Source: a virus
Taxonomy: Duplodnaviria; Caudoviricetes
IMG/VR virus record: IMGVR_UViG_3300018073_000014
Coordinates: 1-35,900 of that record
DNA: 35,900 nucleotides
Direction: 5' to 3' (one strand)
Position 1 is the stretch's first letter, and every line of letters starts with the position of its first letter. Below, in pieces: positions 1 through 8,385 of this stretch. The position numbers and the translations under genes are program-made. A model generated the notes under the pieces. It was not told where the DNA came from and did not search any database. It saw only the letters and a program-made list of their open reading frames with translations.

Positions 1-1325
1 CGGTCGACGATCGGGTCGAGCAGCTCGTCGTTCGTGCGTTCGAGCACGGGCCCGAGCGCGAGCAGCTTCTCTTCGTGACGCTCGTCGATCTCGCGCGCGG
101 TCGGCCGCTGCGCGCCGAGGCGTTCGTCGCTCGACGCGATCATCAGGAACAGATCCTCGTAGAACGCGCGCTGAATCCGATATTGCACCTCGCGCATGTC
201 GGCCGTCAGGTGCTGGAACCCTTCGAGCCGCACCTCGTGAATCGGGCGCAGGCCGGCCATGCCGTCGCGCGAGTCGTTATACGTGATGTCGCCGGCGAGT
301 AGGCTCGTCTTCTGCGTGCGCAGCGTCGACGGCCCGACGAGCGGCGGGTCGACGGCTTTCGAGATCAGCTGTCCCTTTTTCTTCTGCATCAGTTGGAGCT
401 GCTTCACGTCGGGCAGCGCCGTCATGCCGGGGCAGTCGGTGCCGTAGCTGTCTTCGCCGGTGATGTCCCATCGCGGGCACATCAGCGGAAAGGTGCGATA
501 GCCCGACTCGCGCAGGAACTTGCGTTGATCGAGCGAGGTGTTCGAGCTGAGCATCGAGCGGCTGCCCGTCTCGAAGTGACACGAGATCCACGGCAGGTAT
601 TTCGACTGCACGCGGTTCGCGTTCGCGTGCTCGTTCGGCTTCACGATCCAGGTGACTTCGATCGCCTGTTCGTAGTTGCCGTGATCCCACAGGTCTTTGA
701 CGGGCGCGCTGATGTTGCTCCAGTCGATCGTGCGGCCGTTCTCCTGCACGCCGAATTCTTCGACGACCTGGCGCACCGTGAGCTCGTAGTCGCGCACGAA
801 GGTCGTGACCATGCCGCGATGATCCATCCCGAGCGCGAAGCTGCCAGTCGGGTAGCTGAAGGCGCGGAACAGATCGCGGTTGTCCTGCATCATCGACATC
901 GCCGACGTGCCGAAGATGCCCAGGTCGAGATACGCCAGCGGCAGCACGTTGTAGAGATTCGACGTCGCGAAGATCGTGAGCATCCGCAGCGTGACGATGT
1001 GCAGCCACTCGCGCACCGGGCCGAACTCGGCCAGGTCAGGATCGGGCGTCGTCAGCTTCATCCACGGACGCGCCGGCGAGGTCAGGCCGGCGTGTAAGCC
1101 CGAGGCGAGCGTGCGCGCCGCGAAGCGGCCCGTCGAGTCGATGATCTTCTGGTTGCGTTTGTCGCCGCGGTTGCGGTCGCCCGCCCAGAACCGCGTGCGC
1201 CGCGGCATCATGTAGTCGGCGAGCTCCTGCCAGTGCGCGTCGAACGTCGCGCGCTCGCGCCACAGCTCCGAGCGTAGCGCCTCGTAGCGCATTCGCTTCG
1301 TCGCTTCGTCGATGTAGCTCGGCAT
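1..1325 (-). CDS. Portal (head-to-tail connector) protein, epsilon15 gp4/BPP-1 Bbp21-like; 3' end runs off the window
   Basis: Not in the ORF track. Manual translation from ATG 1325 gives MPSYIDEATKRMRYEALRSELWRERATFDAHWQELADYMMPRR...IIDSTGRFAARTLASGLHAGLTSPARPW and, near position 1, AREIDERHEEKLLALGPVLERTNDELLDPIVD. These are hallmark motifs of podoviral head-tail connectors. The gene lies downstream of terL. Confidence 0.93.
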   Translation of the reverse strand, partial: MPSYIDEATKRMRYEALRSELWRERATFDAHWQELADYMMPRRTRFWAGDRNRGDKRNQKIIDSTGRFAARTLASGLHAGLTSPARPWMKLTTPDPDLAEFGPVREWLHIVTLRMLTIFATSNLYNVLPLAYLDLGIFGTSAMSMMQDNRDLFRAFSYPTGSFALGMDHRGMVTTFVRDYELTVRQVVEEFGVQENGRTIDWSNISAPVKDLWDHGNYEQAIEVTWIVKPNEHANANRVQSKYLPWISCHFETGSRSMLSSNTSLDQRKFLRESGYRTFPLMCPRWDITGEDSYGTDCPGMTALPDVKQLQLMQKKKGQLISKAVDPPLVGPSTLRTQKTSLLAGDITYNDSRDGMAGLRPIHEVRLEGFQHLTADMREVQYRIQRAFYEDLFLMIASSDERLGAQRPTAREIDERHEEKLLALGPVLERTNDELLDPIVD

Positions 1326-1329
1326 CGGG

Positions 1330-1695
1330 TCAGGCTCCGATCAACGTCTTCGGGGTGAGGTTCGCCAGAGGCCCGGCTTTGCCGGCGCCGGCGACGAGCT
1401 GCTCGCCGGCGGCCGCTCGCTTGCGCTGGCGTTCGGCTGCCGACTTGGCGCCGCCCTGCGCCAGTGAGGCGGCCGCTGCCGTCGATGGCGGCGGCGCCGG
1501 CATCTGTGACGCCTTGTATTCTTCGCGCGTCATCGCCTGCCCGACGACCGGCGCGTTGTTCACATTCTTACGGCCGGCGCCGGTGCTGCCGCCAGCATCG
1601 TAGCCGCCGATGTTGCCCGTGCGACTCTGATCGCCGATGCGCTTCGTCGGGTCGCGCGGGGCCGTCGTGCCGCCGCCGCCGGTGAAGAAACTCAT
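1330..1695 (-). CDS. Small Gly/Ala-rich virion-associated protein upstream of the portal
   Basis: 121-aa ORF with an ATGA overlap to the GNAT gene. It ends in KTLIGA, similar to the short pre-portal proteins of this phage group. Confidence 0.65.
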   Translation of the reverse strand: MSFFTGGGGTTAPRDPTKRIGDQSRTGNIGGYDAGGSTGAGRKNVNNAPVVGQAMTREEYKASQMPAPPPSTAAAASLAQGGAKSAAERQRKRAAAGEQLVAGAGKAGPLANLTPKTLIGA

Positions 1696-2150
1696 GCAAG
1701 CCTCTTCAGATATGCCGTTTCTAGGGCGAGGTAGCCGCTGCGCTCATAAAGGGTGCCAAGCCGCGAGCCCATCGGCGCGAACATTCTAAGGGTATTTACC
1801 CCTTGGGAGTGTGCCCAATCCGAAGCACAGCGCAATAACTGGTGTCCCGCGGAGCTCGCGCGGCGCTCGGGTAGCACCCAAAAGGCGATCTCGTCCGCCA
1901 TCAGCGAGGCCGTCAGATCGTGCTCGGCGACGGCCAGCGCCAGGCAACCGATCAGACGATCGCCCTCGATGGCGACGAAGCACACACCGCGGGCGCCCAG
2001 GCTGAAGATGAAATCGAGGCGGCGGTGAATGGCGGCCGCGTGGTCGATGCCGGCCAGGAGCTCGGCCCACGGTTCCGCCAGGCAGAAGGGCAGCGCGAGC
2101 TCGACGATCGCCGGGCGGTCGTCTTCCGTGATCGCGCGAATGCTGATCAC
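1692..2150 (-). CDS. GNAT-family N-acetyltransferase
   Basis: N-terminal IRAITEDD, motif A FWVLPERRASSAGHQLL and C-terminal LYERSGY. Confidence 0.85.
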   Translation of the reverse strand: MISIRAITEDDRPAIVELALPFCLAEPWAELLAGIDHAAAIHRRLDFIFSLGARGVCFVAIEGDRLIGCLALAVAEHDLTASLMADEIAFWVLPERRASSAGHQLLRCASDWAHSQGVNTLRMFAPMGSRLGTLYERSGYLALETAYLKRLA

Positions 2151-2410
2151 TGCCGCAGTTGCGGCGGCAACGTCCAGCGCAGCGTGATCGGAAAGTTCAC
2201 GCCGCAGATGCGCACGTGCCCGGTGAGCTCCAGGCCCTGCATCCGCACCAGTTGCGCGCGCAGGCGACGCTCGCGATCGGCGCTGGCTTCGTCGTGCTGC
2301 CGCAGCAAGTCTTCGATGTGTGCCATCTGGCCGGCGACACTCTCTTCGAGTCGCTGGATCGGCGTGCGCTCTTCGCGTGCTTTGGCTTCTCGGCCCATGT
2401 CGTCGTTCAC
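2147..2410 (-). CDS. Hypothetical protein (87 aa)
   Basis: GTG start with AAGGTG upstream; the stop overlaps the GNAT start codon. Confidence 0.55.
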   Translation of the reverse strand: MNDDMGREAKAREERTPIQRLEESVAGQMAHIEDLLRQHDEASADRERRLRAQLVRMQGLELTGHVRICGVNFPITLRWTLPPQLRQ

Positions 2411-2425
2411 CGCTTCACCTTGTGT

Positions 2426-2668
2426 TTAAAGTATTCGACCTGCTGCAGCCGCTTGACCGCGGCCGCGTGACTCATCCCTGGTTTCGATAGGTTCTTTCCC
2501 GACTCGCTTTTCACCTGGTAGCCGCCGCCCTTTGACTTTTTGATCATCGGCGTCCCTCACACTGATCTGCGCCTTGTGATGAAACATCAGCCACTTCTGC
2601 AGGGCCAGCAACAGCGAGAGCTGCTCGGCCGGCGACTCGACGACGACGTCGAGCACGAGGTGCTTCAT
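2426..2668 (-). CDS. Hypothetical protein (80 aa)
   Basis: ATGA overlap with the upstream ORF; it fills the gap in the operon. Confidence 0.55.
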   Translation of the reverse strand: MKHLVLDVVVESPAEQLSLLLALQKWLMFHHKAQISVRDADDQKVKGRRLPGEKRVGKEPIETRDESRGRGQAAAAGRIL

Positions 2669-2901
2669 GTCTCTTCGGCCGTCTCCGGCGGCGAAATCGT
2701 GAAGTGACAGTCGTCGTTGATCTCGAAGGTCAGAGTGTAGCCGTTCTCAAAGTGCAGCGCGATGTAGCTCACGTGGTCTTCGAGGAACTCCTCGCGGTCG
2801 TGCTGCGTGATCTCGACGCACCGCTGCCCGACGAACGGCCCGAGCAGCTCCGGGTCGCGGATGTTCGCATACGGCCCTTCCTCGTCGTCATCAGTCGACA
2901 T
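2665..2901 (-). CDS. Hypothetical acidic protein
   Basis: ATG 2901 (MSTDDDEEG...) overlaps the end of terL; AGGTG lies upstream; codon usage is typical of the window. Confidence 0.65.
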   Translation of the reverse strand: MSTDDDEEGPYANIRDPELLGPFVGQRCVEITQHDREEFLEDHVSYIALHFENGYTLTFEINDDCHFTISPPETAEET

Positions 2902-4357
2902 CGTCACCTGTCAGCGCGCGGCCGGCGCCCGAGTGCAGCACCTGGTCGACGCTGTCGCCGGTGCGCACGTGCTGTGCCTGGCCGAGCGCCTGACGCATCG
3001 CGCCCGGCATATCGGGCAGCGCGTAGGTGAGCATGTAGGCGTCGGCGACGTCGGGCGAGACGCCGAGCCGCGCCTTGATCTGATCCTTCTCTTCGAGCAG
3101 GAACACGCCGCCGACGTAGGTGTAGGTCGGCTCGGTGAACTCGGCGATCACTTCGGGCATGTTCGGCAGCGCCGCGCCGTTCTTGATGGCCTTCGCACCT
3201 TCGAGCCACATCTCCGCGCGCCGATTCTTATAGCGTGGATCGATCGCGCGCTCGCTGTAGTTGATGCCGATCGCGGGATAGTGCGCGGTGTTCAGCGCGT
3301 CAATCACGCCGTGGCCCCAGTGCCCCGTGTCGTCGACGAGCACGAGCTCAGCTTCCCATTGTGTTTGCGCGCGCATCACCCGCGCCGCAATGTTCATCGT
3401 GTTCTGCGTGCGCATCGTCACCGGGCGGAAGCTGGCGAGGCCCTGGCGCGGGAAGATGATCGTGCGGTCGTCACCGAAGCGCGCGACGTCAATGCCGAGC
3501 CGCTTCTGCGCGAAATCGTATTGATGCTTCAGTAGGTGCCGCTTCATCGCGGCCTCGACATCCTCGACGCCGAGCAGCGCGTTGATGCTCGCCGGCGGGA
3601 ACTGGCCGAGCACGTTCACCATCACCCACGGGTTTTCACGACCGTAGCTGGCGATCTGCTGGCGCGCGTAGTCGAGACTGATGTTCGGCGACCGCATCGG
3701 ATCATCCGGGTCGCCGGTGATCGTCACGACATACCAGAGGTGCCGGTCGGTCGTGCAGGCGCGATAGAGCGGGCCGGTCGTGTGCGTGGGGTTGCCGGCG
3801 GCGACGACCTTCGTCTCGATGCCGCTCGCAAAGACCGCTTCGGCCGTCGTCATGATCGCCTGCGGGTAGCCGCCGATCTCGTCGAGCAGCCACATGGCGT
3901 AATCTTCGTGCAAGCCGGCGAGCGCCTCACTCTGCTGATCGGCGTTCGCTTTCTTCGGCCAGGTGCGCGCCTGAATCCACCAGGTGCCGGGGTGCTTGCG
4001 CGAGACGATGGTCGTCTTCGACCAGGCGAAGGCCTCGGTGAAGAACGTCGACCGCTGCATCCACTTCGCGAACTCGGGCCAGAGGTTCGCGTTCAGGTTG
4101 CCTTCAGTGATCGACGTCGCGCCAATGCGCGGGTTCGGTCGCGTGGCGAGGAAGTTCAGCCCGACCCATGCGAGCAGCGCCGTCTTGCCCGGTCCCTTGC
4201 ACGCTTTCAGCGCGAGCCGGTTCGTCTTCGGAAACGCCGCGAGCGCCTCGGCCTGCCAGGGATACGGCTCGACCTTGAACTCTTCGCGGACCATCGCGAT
4301 CGGGTCCGCTTTCCAGCGGAGCAACCGCTCACGGGCCCGCGTCATCACGCCGGCCAT
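2891..4357 (-). CDS. terL: Terminase large subunit
   Basis: Walker A ACKGPGKT, Walker B WLLDE, coupling motif AGNP, RNase H-like nuclease motif GIDVARFGDD and C-terminal SPDVADA. Confidence 0.95.
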   Translation of the reverse strand: MAGVMTRARERLLRWKADPIAMVREEFKVEPYPWQAEALAAFPKTNRLALKACKGPGKTALLAWVGLNFLATRPNPRIGATSITEGNLNANLWPEFAKWMQRSTFFTEAFAWSKTTIVSRKHPGTWWIQARTWPKKANADQQSEALAGLHEDYAMWLLDEIGGYPQAIMTTAEAVFASGIETKVVAAGNPTHTTGPLYRACTTDRHLWYVVTITGDPDDPMRSPNISLDYARQQIASYGRENPWVMVNVLGQFPPASINALLGVEDVEAAMKRHLLKHQYDFAQKRLGIDVARFGDDRTIIFPRQGLASFRPVTMRTQNTMNIAARVMRAQTQWEAELVLVDDTGHWGHGVIDALNTAHYPAIGINYSERAIDPRYKNRRAEMWLEGAKAIKNGAALPNMPEVIAEFTEPTYTYVGGVFLLEEKDQIKARLGVSPDVADAYMLTYALPDMPGAMRQALGQAQHVRTGDSVDQVLHSGAGRALTGDDVD

Positions 4358-4453
4358 CTAGCGCCCGAGCCACAGCACGCCGTAGATCGCCGCGAGCGAC
4401 GCCACCACGAGCAGCACCAGGCGCGCGCGGCGACAGAAGACGCAGTCGGTCAT
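4358..4453 (-). CDS. Small membrane peptide (31 aa)
   Basis: MTDCVFCRRARLVLLVVASLAAIYGVLWLGR. ATGA overlap upstream; the stop abuts the terL ATG; one hydrophobic segment. Confidence 0.6.
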   Translation of the reverse strand: MTDCVFCRRARLVLLVVASLAAIYGVLWLGR

Positions 4454-4665
4454 CCGATCGCGGAACGCACCGCGGCGTCTTTGCATTCGAGCAGCTTGCG
4501 CAGCGCGACGGTGCGCTCGGGGTTGCGCGGGTATTCGAGCGCGATCTTGCACGCGAGCTGTGCGAAGTCTTTCGACCGCGCCTGCAGGTGCTCGGGCAGG
4601 TGATCGTAGTTGAACCACTGCAGCATAGACTCGCCGGTATCGAGCTGCGTCTGTTTCACATCCAT
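4450..4665 (-). CDS. Small helical phage protein (FxYxHLP...ALRKLLExKDAAVR family), possibly an Acb2/Tad1-like hairpin
   Basis: AGGAG RBS before ATG 4665; sequence MLQWFNYDHLPEHLQARSKDF...PRNPERTVALRKLLECKDAAVRSA. Confidence 0.75.
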   Translation of the reverse strand: MDVKQTQLDTGESMLQWFNYDHLPEHLQARSKDFAQLACKIALEYPRNPERTVALRKLLECKDAAVRSAIG

Positions 4666-4830
4666 CGTTGCTTCTCCTACTCTGTTGAAAAAGTGCGGGC
4701 TTGCCTCGTCCCGCGCGGCGGCCCCTCTGTGTCCGGCGTTCGAGCATTGCAGCCATGCGTTTGCTCGATCCCGCTCGACGGCTGACCGCCGCCGGCGCAT
4801 CCGTTGCCGCTCCCCGTCCGTGTAGCTCTC

Positions 4831-4980
4831 CTATGCTGTTTTCGGCAGTTGCTTGATCAGCGCGGCGACGAGCTCCGGGTTGCTGTTCAGTAGCTTCACG
4901 AGCTGCTCGACGACGGCCAGGACGCGATCGGGGTTCTGCTCGATCTGCTTCAGCAGCCCCTTGAGAATCGTCTCCCACAT
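4831..4980 (-). CDS. Hypothetical amphipathic helical protein (49 aa)
   Basis: Manual translation MWETILKGLLKQIEQNPDRVLAVVEQLVKLLNSNPELVAALIKQLPKTA. GGAG lies upstream within the end of terS. Confidence 0.65.
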   Translation of the reverse strand: MWETILKGLLKQIEQNPDRVLAVVEQLVKLLNSNPELVAALIKQLPKTA

Positions 4981-4984
4981 CGGA

Positions 4985-5542
4985 TCACTCTCCCTCTTGG
5001 AAATCGCCCGCGAGGATCTTCGCCAGGTCGGCGATCGGGGCGAGCGGTGACTTGAGCTTGCCGGTCTGTTCGAGGATCAACTTCCGCGCCTGTAGGCTAT
5101 CGTTCAGCGTGACGGCCCATCCTTCCGGCGTCGGCCGGATCGCCTTCACGGACCGCGCGATGCTGTCGGGCCAGAGGTGCACCGGCAGCATCTTGCCCGC
5201 TTCATCGAACAGCATCCGCGGGTCGGCCTTGGCGTCGCCGGCGACCAGGGCGGCGGCTTCCTCGCCCGACATGGCGACTTTGGTGTAGCGGAGCTCCGCG
5301 AGCTCGTCAACGCGGCGCGCGATCTCAGGGTTCCTCAGGGCTTCCCATGCCGACGTGGCCGCGGCTTTGACGCTACGGGTGCGGGGGTGACTGCTGAGCC
5401 AGGCGCGGACGCCGTTGTTGCCGTTGGCGTCGTAATGGACGCAGAAGGCCTGTAGGGCGGGGGTGAGGGGCCGAGGCTGGCGCGGGGTAGATGCGGGCCT
5501 GGCCCCGGTCCCTGGTCGTTTCCGGGGTCGCTTACGTGCCAC
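4985..5542 (-). CDS. terS: Terminase small subunit
   Basis: HTH segment LTPALQAFCVHY...AATSAWEALRNPEIARRVDEL and DPRMLFDEAGKMLPVHLWPD. The start is inferred at GTG 5542, not 5899, because a terminator and another gene lie upstream. Confidence 0.82.
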   Translation of the reverse strand: MARKRPRKRPGTGARPASTPRQPRPLTPALQAFCVHYDANGNNGVRAWLSSHPRTRSVKAAATSAWEALRNPEIARRVDELAELRYTKVAMSGEEAAALVAGDAKADPRMLFDEAGKMLPVHLWPDSIARSVKAIRPTPEGWAVTLNDSLQARKLILEQTGKLKSPLAPIADLAKILAGDFQEGE

Positions 5543-5550
5543 TGGCGGGC

Positions 5551-5580
5551 ATTTTAGACGAGGCGCCCGAGAAATGCGAA
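5551..5580 (-). promoter_or_regulatory. Putative promoter for the terminase/late operon (TTCGCA-18-TAAAAT)
   Basis: -10 TAAAAT at 5556-5551 and a weak -35 at 5580-5575. The predicted start site is near GTG 5542, so the mRNA would be nearly leaderless. Confidence 0.45.
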
Positions 5581-5614
5581 AGGCCCGGCACCCTCGCCAC
5601 AGGGATACCGGGCC
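5572..5614 (-). terminator. Putative intrinsic terminator ending the DUF932 operon
   Basis: Hairpin GGCCCGGTATCCCT-GTGGCG-AGGGTGCCGGGCC followed by TTTCGCATTT on the minus strand. Confidence 0.6.
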
Positions 5615-5661
5615 CCTCCCTCTGCCGGCGGCGGCCGGTGCTTGGCTGCGCCGGCCGAGCT

Positions 5662-6039
5662 CTACGCCTTCGACTTCCGCGGCCGCGCCGGCGGTTTGAC
5701 CTGCGTGCCGGCGGCCTGGCGCGTCTCGAACCCACGGCGGGAACCGCGGCGCCTGGCGATGGTCGTGATGACGTTCTGCTGCCGGTTGATGGCGGCGACG
5801 ACGGCCGGCGGCACGATGTAGCTGCCGCCGCCGTTGGCCGTGATGTGCCGCAGGAAGACCGTCTCGCCGGCGTCCGTGCGGATGGTGCGGACGATCCACT
5901 CTTCCGCGTGCCCGTAGAAGGTGGTCGTCTGGATCGTCGTGCTCTTCGGCTCGATGGCGGCCGGGTCGCGTCGCAGGCGCCCGAGCTCCAGCGAGAAATC
6001 ATCGGTCGGCAGGATGCCGCTCGGCGTGTCGGTGTTCAC
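5662..6039 (-). CDS. Hypothetical protein (125 aa) with a basic C-terminus
   Basis: GTG 6039 in a GTGA overlap (VNTDTPSGILPTDD...); codon usage is typical. Confidence 0.65.
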   Translation of the reverse strand: MNTDTPSGILPTDDFSLELGRLRRDPAAIEPKSTTIQTTTFYGHAEEWIVRTIRTDAGETVFLRHITANGGGSYIVPPAVVAAINRQQNVITTIARRRGSRRGFETRQAAGTQVKPPARPRKSKA

Positions 6040-6278
6040 TTGGTGCCTGCCTTCCTCGCGCGTCGGCGCGACTTGACTTCCGTGATCTTGTCGATGATGT
6101 CGGCTAAGCGCACGGCCTGGCGCGTCACCGATTCGAGCTCGTGCTGCTTCACCGGCGCGGTGAGCATCGCCTGCGGATTCACCATGCACGTGCCGGCAAT
6201 ACCTTCGAGACGAGCGACGAGCGACCGCGCTTCGATAACGGCCGCATCCTTCCAGGTCGCGTCTGTAATTGACTTCAT
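6036..6278 (-). CDS. Hypothetical protein (80 aa)
   Basis: ATG 6278 with GAGG upstream (MKSITDATW...). Confidence 0.6.
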   Translation of the reverse strand: MKSITDATWKDAAVIEARSLVARLEGIAGTCMVNPQAMLTAPVKQHELESVTRQAVRLADIIDKITEVKSRRRARKAGTK

Positions 6279-6331
6279 GGTTGCCTCAGCATGAGAGGAG
6301 AGGCCGGCGCGGTGCCGGCCCCTGGCCCCTG

Positions 6332-7432
6332 CTATGCCGCCTCCGCGATGCGCTTCCACGACGCCGCGCCGACTTCAAGGATGGCGCCGCCGGCGCGTTC
6401 GAGCGCCGTTGCGTCTTCGTAGTCTTTCGTGTCGTTCGCGAGCCGCGTGATCGCCGACGAGAGGCCCCACCGGGTGAAGTCACCGCCCGCCGCGAGCAGC
6501 TTGAGCAAGCCGTTGTCGACCGCCGGCGGCAGCGCGAGCTCGACGATCGTCGCCTCGACGACCTTCGGGAGATCCTCGCTGACGATCGGCGCCGACGCGC
6601 TCAGCTTGATCGAGTCGACCGCCTTGCGGAAGAGATCCTCGCGGAACGCCGCCATCGTCACATCCTTCGCCTTGAGCCAGAAGGCGGCGTCGTCGGCGCG
6701 GCGCGTGGCGTCCTGAAACACTTCCCACGAGGCGTCAGCTTCGTGTGCGCGGCCGACGTGGTATTTCTTCATCGCCGCCTGCTGCATGATCGCCAGGTTC
6801 GTGCACCAGGTCGTGAACACCGCCGGCTCGATCTTGAGCGTGCCGTTGCCGATGTCGCTGTTGCTGATGGTGATGGCGGCGACGAGGCGGCCGCGGTCGC
6901 CCTGCCTGATCATGTGATGGCCGGTGCCGTAGCTGAGGCCCTCGGGGAGCTCGTCGCTGAGCGTCTCCAAGATGCCCTTGATGAACATCCGCGTTTCGGT
7001 GAGCTCGCACGACGTGATCGTGACCTTGTTCTCGATCAGGACCGGCAGCACCGTCTGCGCGAGATCGAAGTTGTCGAGCGGCCGATACTTCGGCGACATG
7101 AAGGCGCGCACCTGCTTGTCGAGCGTGCGGACCATTCGACGCTCGTCGCCGTTCTTGTTGAGCCACGTGTTGACGTTCTTCGCGAGCAGCGCCGGGTCTT
7201 CGGCGCGCATCCGGTCGTAATACTTTTTCGGGATCTCCAGGTGTTCGGCGACCTGACCGTGCGCGTAGTTCGTCAGCGGGAAGGGTTCCCCGTTGATACC
7301 GTCGATGGCGATGTCGTTGTTGTCGGTGACGACGGCGGCGAGTTTGTTCTGCGGCGCGAGGAAGTCTCGCTTGGTTTCCGACTGGCGCTGTAGTTCGGCG
7401 GCGAGCTCGGTGAGCGATCGACCGGATTTCAT
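6332..7432 (-). CDS. DUF932/DUF945-like phage protein
   Basis: MKSGRSLTELAAELQRQ..KRDF start, RMVRTLD..VRAFMSPKYRPLDN, ISNSDIGNG, CTNLA and LERAGGAIL; AGGAG RBS. Confidence 0.8.
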   Translation of the reverse strand: MKSGRSLTELAAELQRQSETKRDFLAPQNKLAAVVTDNNDIAIDGINGEPFPLTNYAHGQVAEHLEIPKKYYDRMRAEDPALLAKNVNTWLNKNGDERRMVRTLDKQVRAFMSPKYRPLDNFDLAQTVLPVLIENKVTITSCELTETRMFIKGILETLSDELPEGLSYGTGHHMIRQGDRGRLVAAITISNSDIGNGTLKIEPAVFTTWCTNLAIMQQAAMKKYHVGRAHEADASWEVFQDATRRADDAAFWLKAKDVTMAAFREDLFRKAVDSIKLSASAPIVSEDLPKVVEATIVELALPPAVDNGLLKLLAAGGDFTRWGLSSAITRLANDTKDYEDATALERAGGAILEVGAASWKRIAEAA

Positions 7433-7500
7433 GGCGGGATGACTCCTGGCGGCGCGCGGTGCCTGGCGGTATTGCCAGCGGATCGCGCCCGACCAGGCCC

Positions 7501-7533
7501 ACGATGACAGCCGGCGGCGTTGTTGTCAACAAC
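7501..7533 (-). promoter_or_regulatory. Promoter with overlapping operator (copy 1): TTGACA-17-TGnCATCGT; operator GTTGTTGACAACAAC
   Basis: Palindrome at 7519-7533 centred on the -35 box (7529-7524). -10 at 7506-7501 with an extended TG. Confidence 0.7.
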
Positions 7534-7570
7534 CGCCGGTCAGTCCTGCACACCCCGGCACACTTTATTT

Positions 7571-7741
7571 TCAGCGGACGGGAAACACCGGGCCACGCAG
7601 CGGCGGATAGGCGAACGCGCCCGCGCAGTAGAGGATGGTCACGATGAGCGCGATGAGCGCGATGAGCTTCGCGTTCTCCGGCACCAGGGTCGTGCAGTAT
7701 TGCGCGATGCAGTAGATCAGGACGATGACGACGAGCAACAT
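7571..7741 (-). CDS. Small two-TM membrane protein (56 aa)
   Basis: Manual translation MLLVVIVLIYCIAQYCTTLVPENAKLIALIALIVTILYCAGAFAYPPLRGPVFPVR; AAGGAAG upstream. Confidence 0.6.
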   Translation of the reverse strand: MLLVVIVLIYCIAQYCTTLVPENAKLIALIALIVTILYCAGAFAYPPLRGPVFPVR

Positions 7742-7745
7742 GCGA

Positions 7746-7862
7746 TCACTTCCTTTTCCGCCGCCGCGTCAGCGCGGCGAGCACCGAGGCGACGACCACT
7801 ATAACCGCGAGCAGCTCTAGCACCTCAAGAATCGCGCCGGTGAAGAGCGCCTGATCGATCAC
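7746..7862 (-). CDS. Small single-TM peptide (38 aa)
   Basis: Manual translation MIDQALFTGAILEVLELLAVIVVVASVLAALTRRRKRK: a hydrophobic helix with a basic tail. Confidence 0.55.
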   Translation of the reverse strand: MIDQALFTGAILEVLELLAVIVVVASVLAALTRRRKRK

Positions 7863-7863
7863 G

Positions 7864-8181
7864 TCAGATCAGCCCTTCCTCGGCGGGCGCCTGGTTGACG
7901 AACGCGCGGCCGAAGCCGAGCCGATCGTTCACGACTTCGTATTCGCGGCCCTCGGCGGTGACGGTGTAGGTCTGCGGCGGCGAGTAGTGCGCCCGGCCGG
8001 CGGCGGCGATCCTGGCGAGCTCGCGCGCCTGCATCATCACGACGTGCTCGCGCTCGCGTGCGACACCGGCTTTCTCACCGAAGGCGAGGCGTTCGCAGCG
8101 GCGACAGAGCCCGAGCTGTGACTGCGACCATTTTTCTTTACAGCGGGTGCACCGGGTTCCATGCGTCGGTGGCCGGCCCAT
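7864..8181 (-). CDS. Zinc-finger protein (CxxC...CxxC)
   Basis: ATG 8181 with an AAGGA RBS; CTRC...CRRC. Confidence 0.65.
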   Translation of the reverse strand: MGRPPTHGTRCTRCKEKWSQSQLGLCRRCERLAFGEKAGVAREREHVVMMQARELARIAAAGRAHYSPPQTYTVTAEGREYEVVNDRLGFGRAFVNQAPAEEGLI

Positions 8182-8183
8182 CG

Positions 8184-8381
8184 TCAGATCCTTTCGTGTT
8201 CTTCGCTGTGATGATCGAGCAGTGCCTTCGCGGTCGGCGCCGTGAAGCCGCACGTGCAGCGCCACACGGACGGCGGCTGACGGTTCGCGGCGCGTGGCGC
8301 CCCGCACGCGCTCTTCTCGAAAGCGGCCTGCACCGCCGCGGTTGCCTCGTCGACCTTGAGCTCGCGATCGTCTTCGTGCAT
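8184..8381 (-). CDS. Small C2H2-like zinc-binding protein
   Basis: GAGGTG RBS; WRCTCG...LLDHHSEEH. Confidence 0.65.
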   Translation of the reverse strand: MHEDDRELKVDEATAAVQAAFEKSACGAPRAANRQPPSVWRCTCGFTAPTAKALLDHHSEEHERI

Positions 8382-8385
8382 GGGT

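Noticed and set aside
5543-5899. Long N-terminal extensions given by the ORF track (terS from 5899, holin from 20383, zinc protein from 12485)
   Set aside because: They overlap other genes, terminators or cis elements and are low-complexity Arg/Pro/Ala-rich. Downstream starts fit better, through an RBS, an overlap or a promoter position.
7642-7667. Tandem 9-bp repeat CGATGAGCG, about three copies
   Set aside because: It simply encodes LIALIALI in a small membrane protein.
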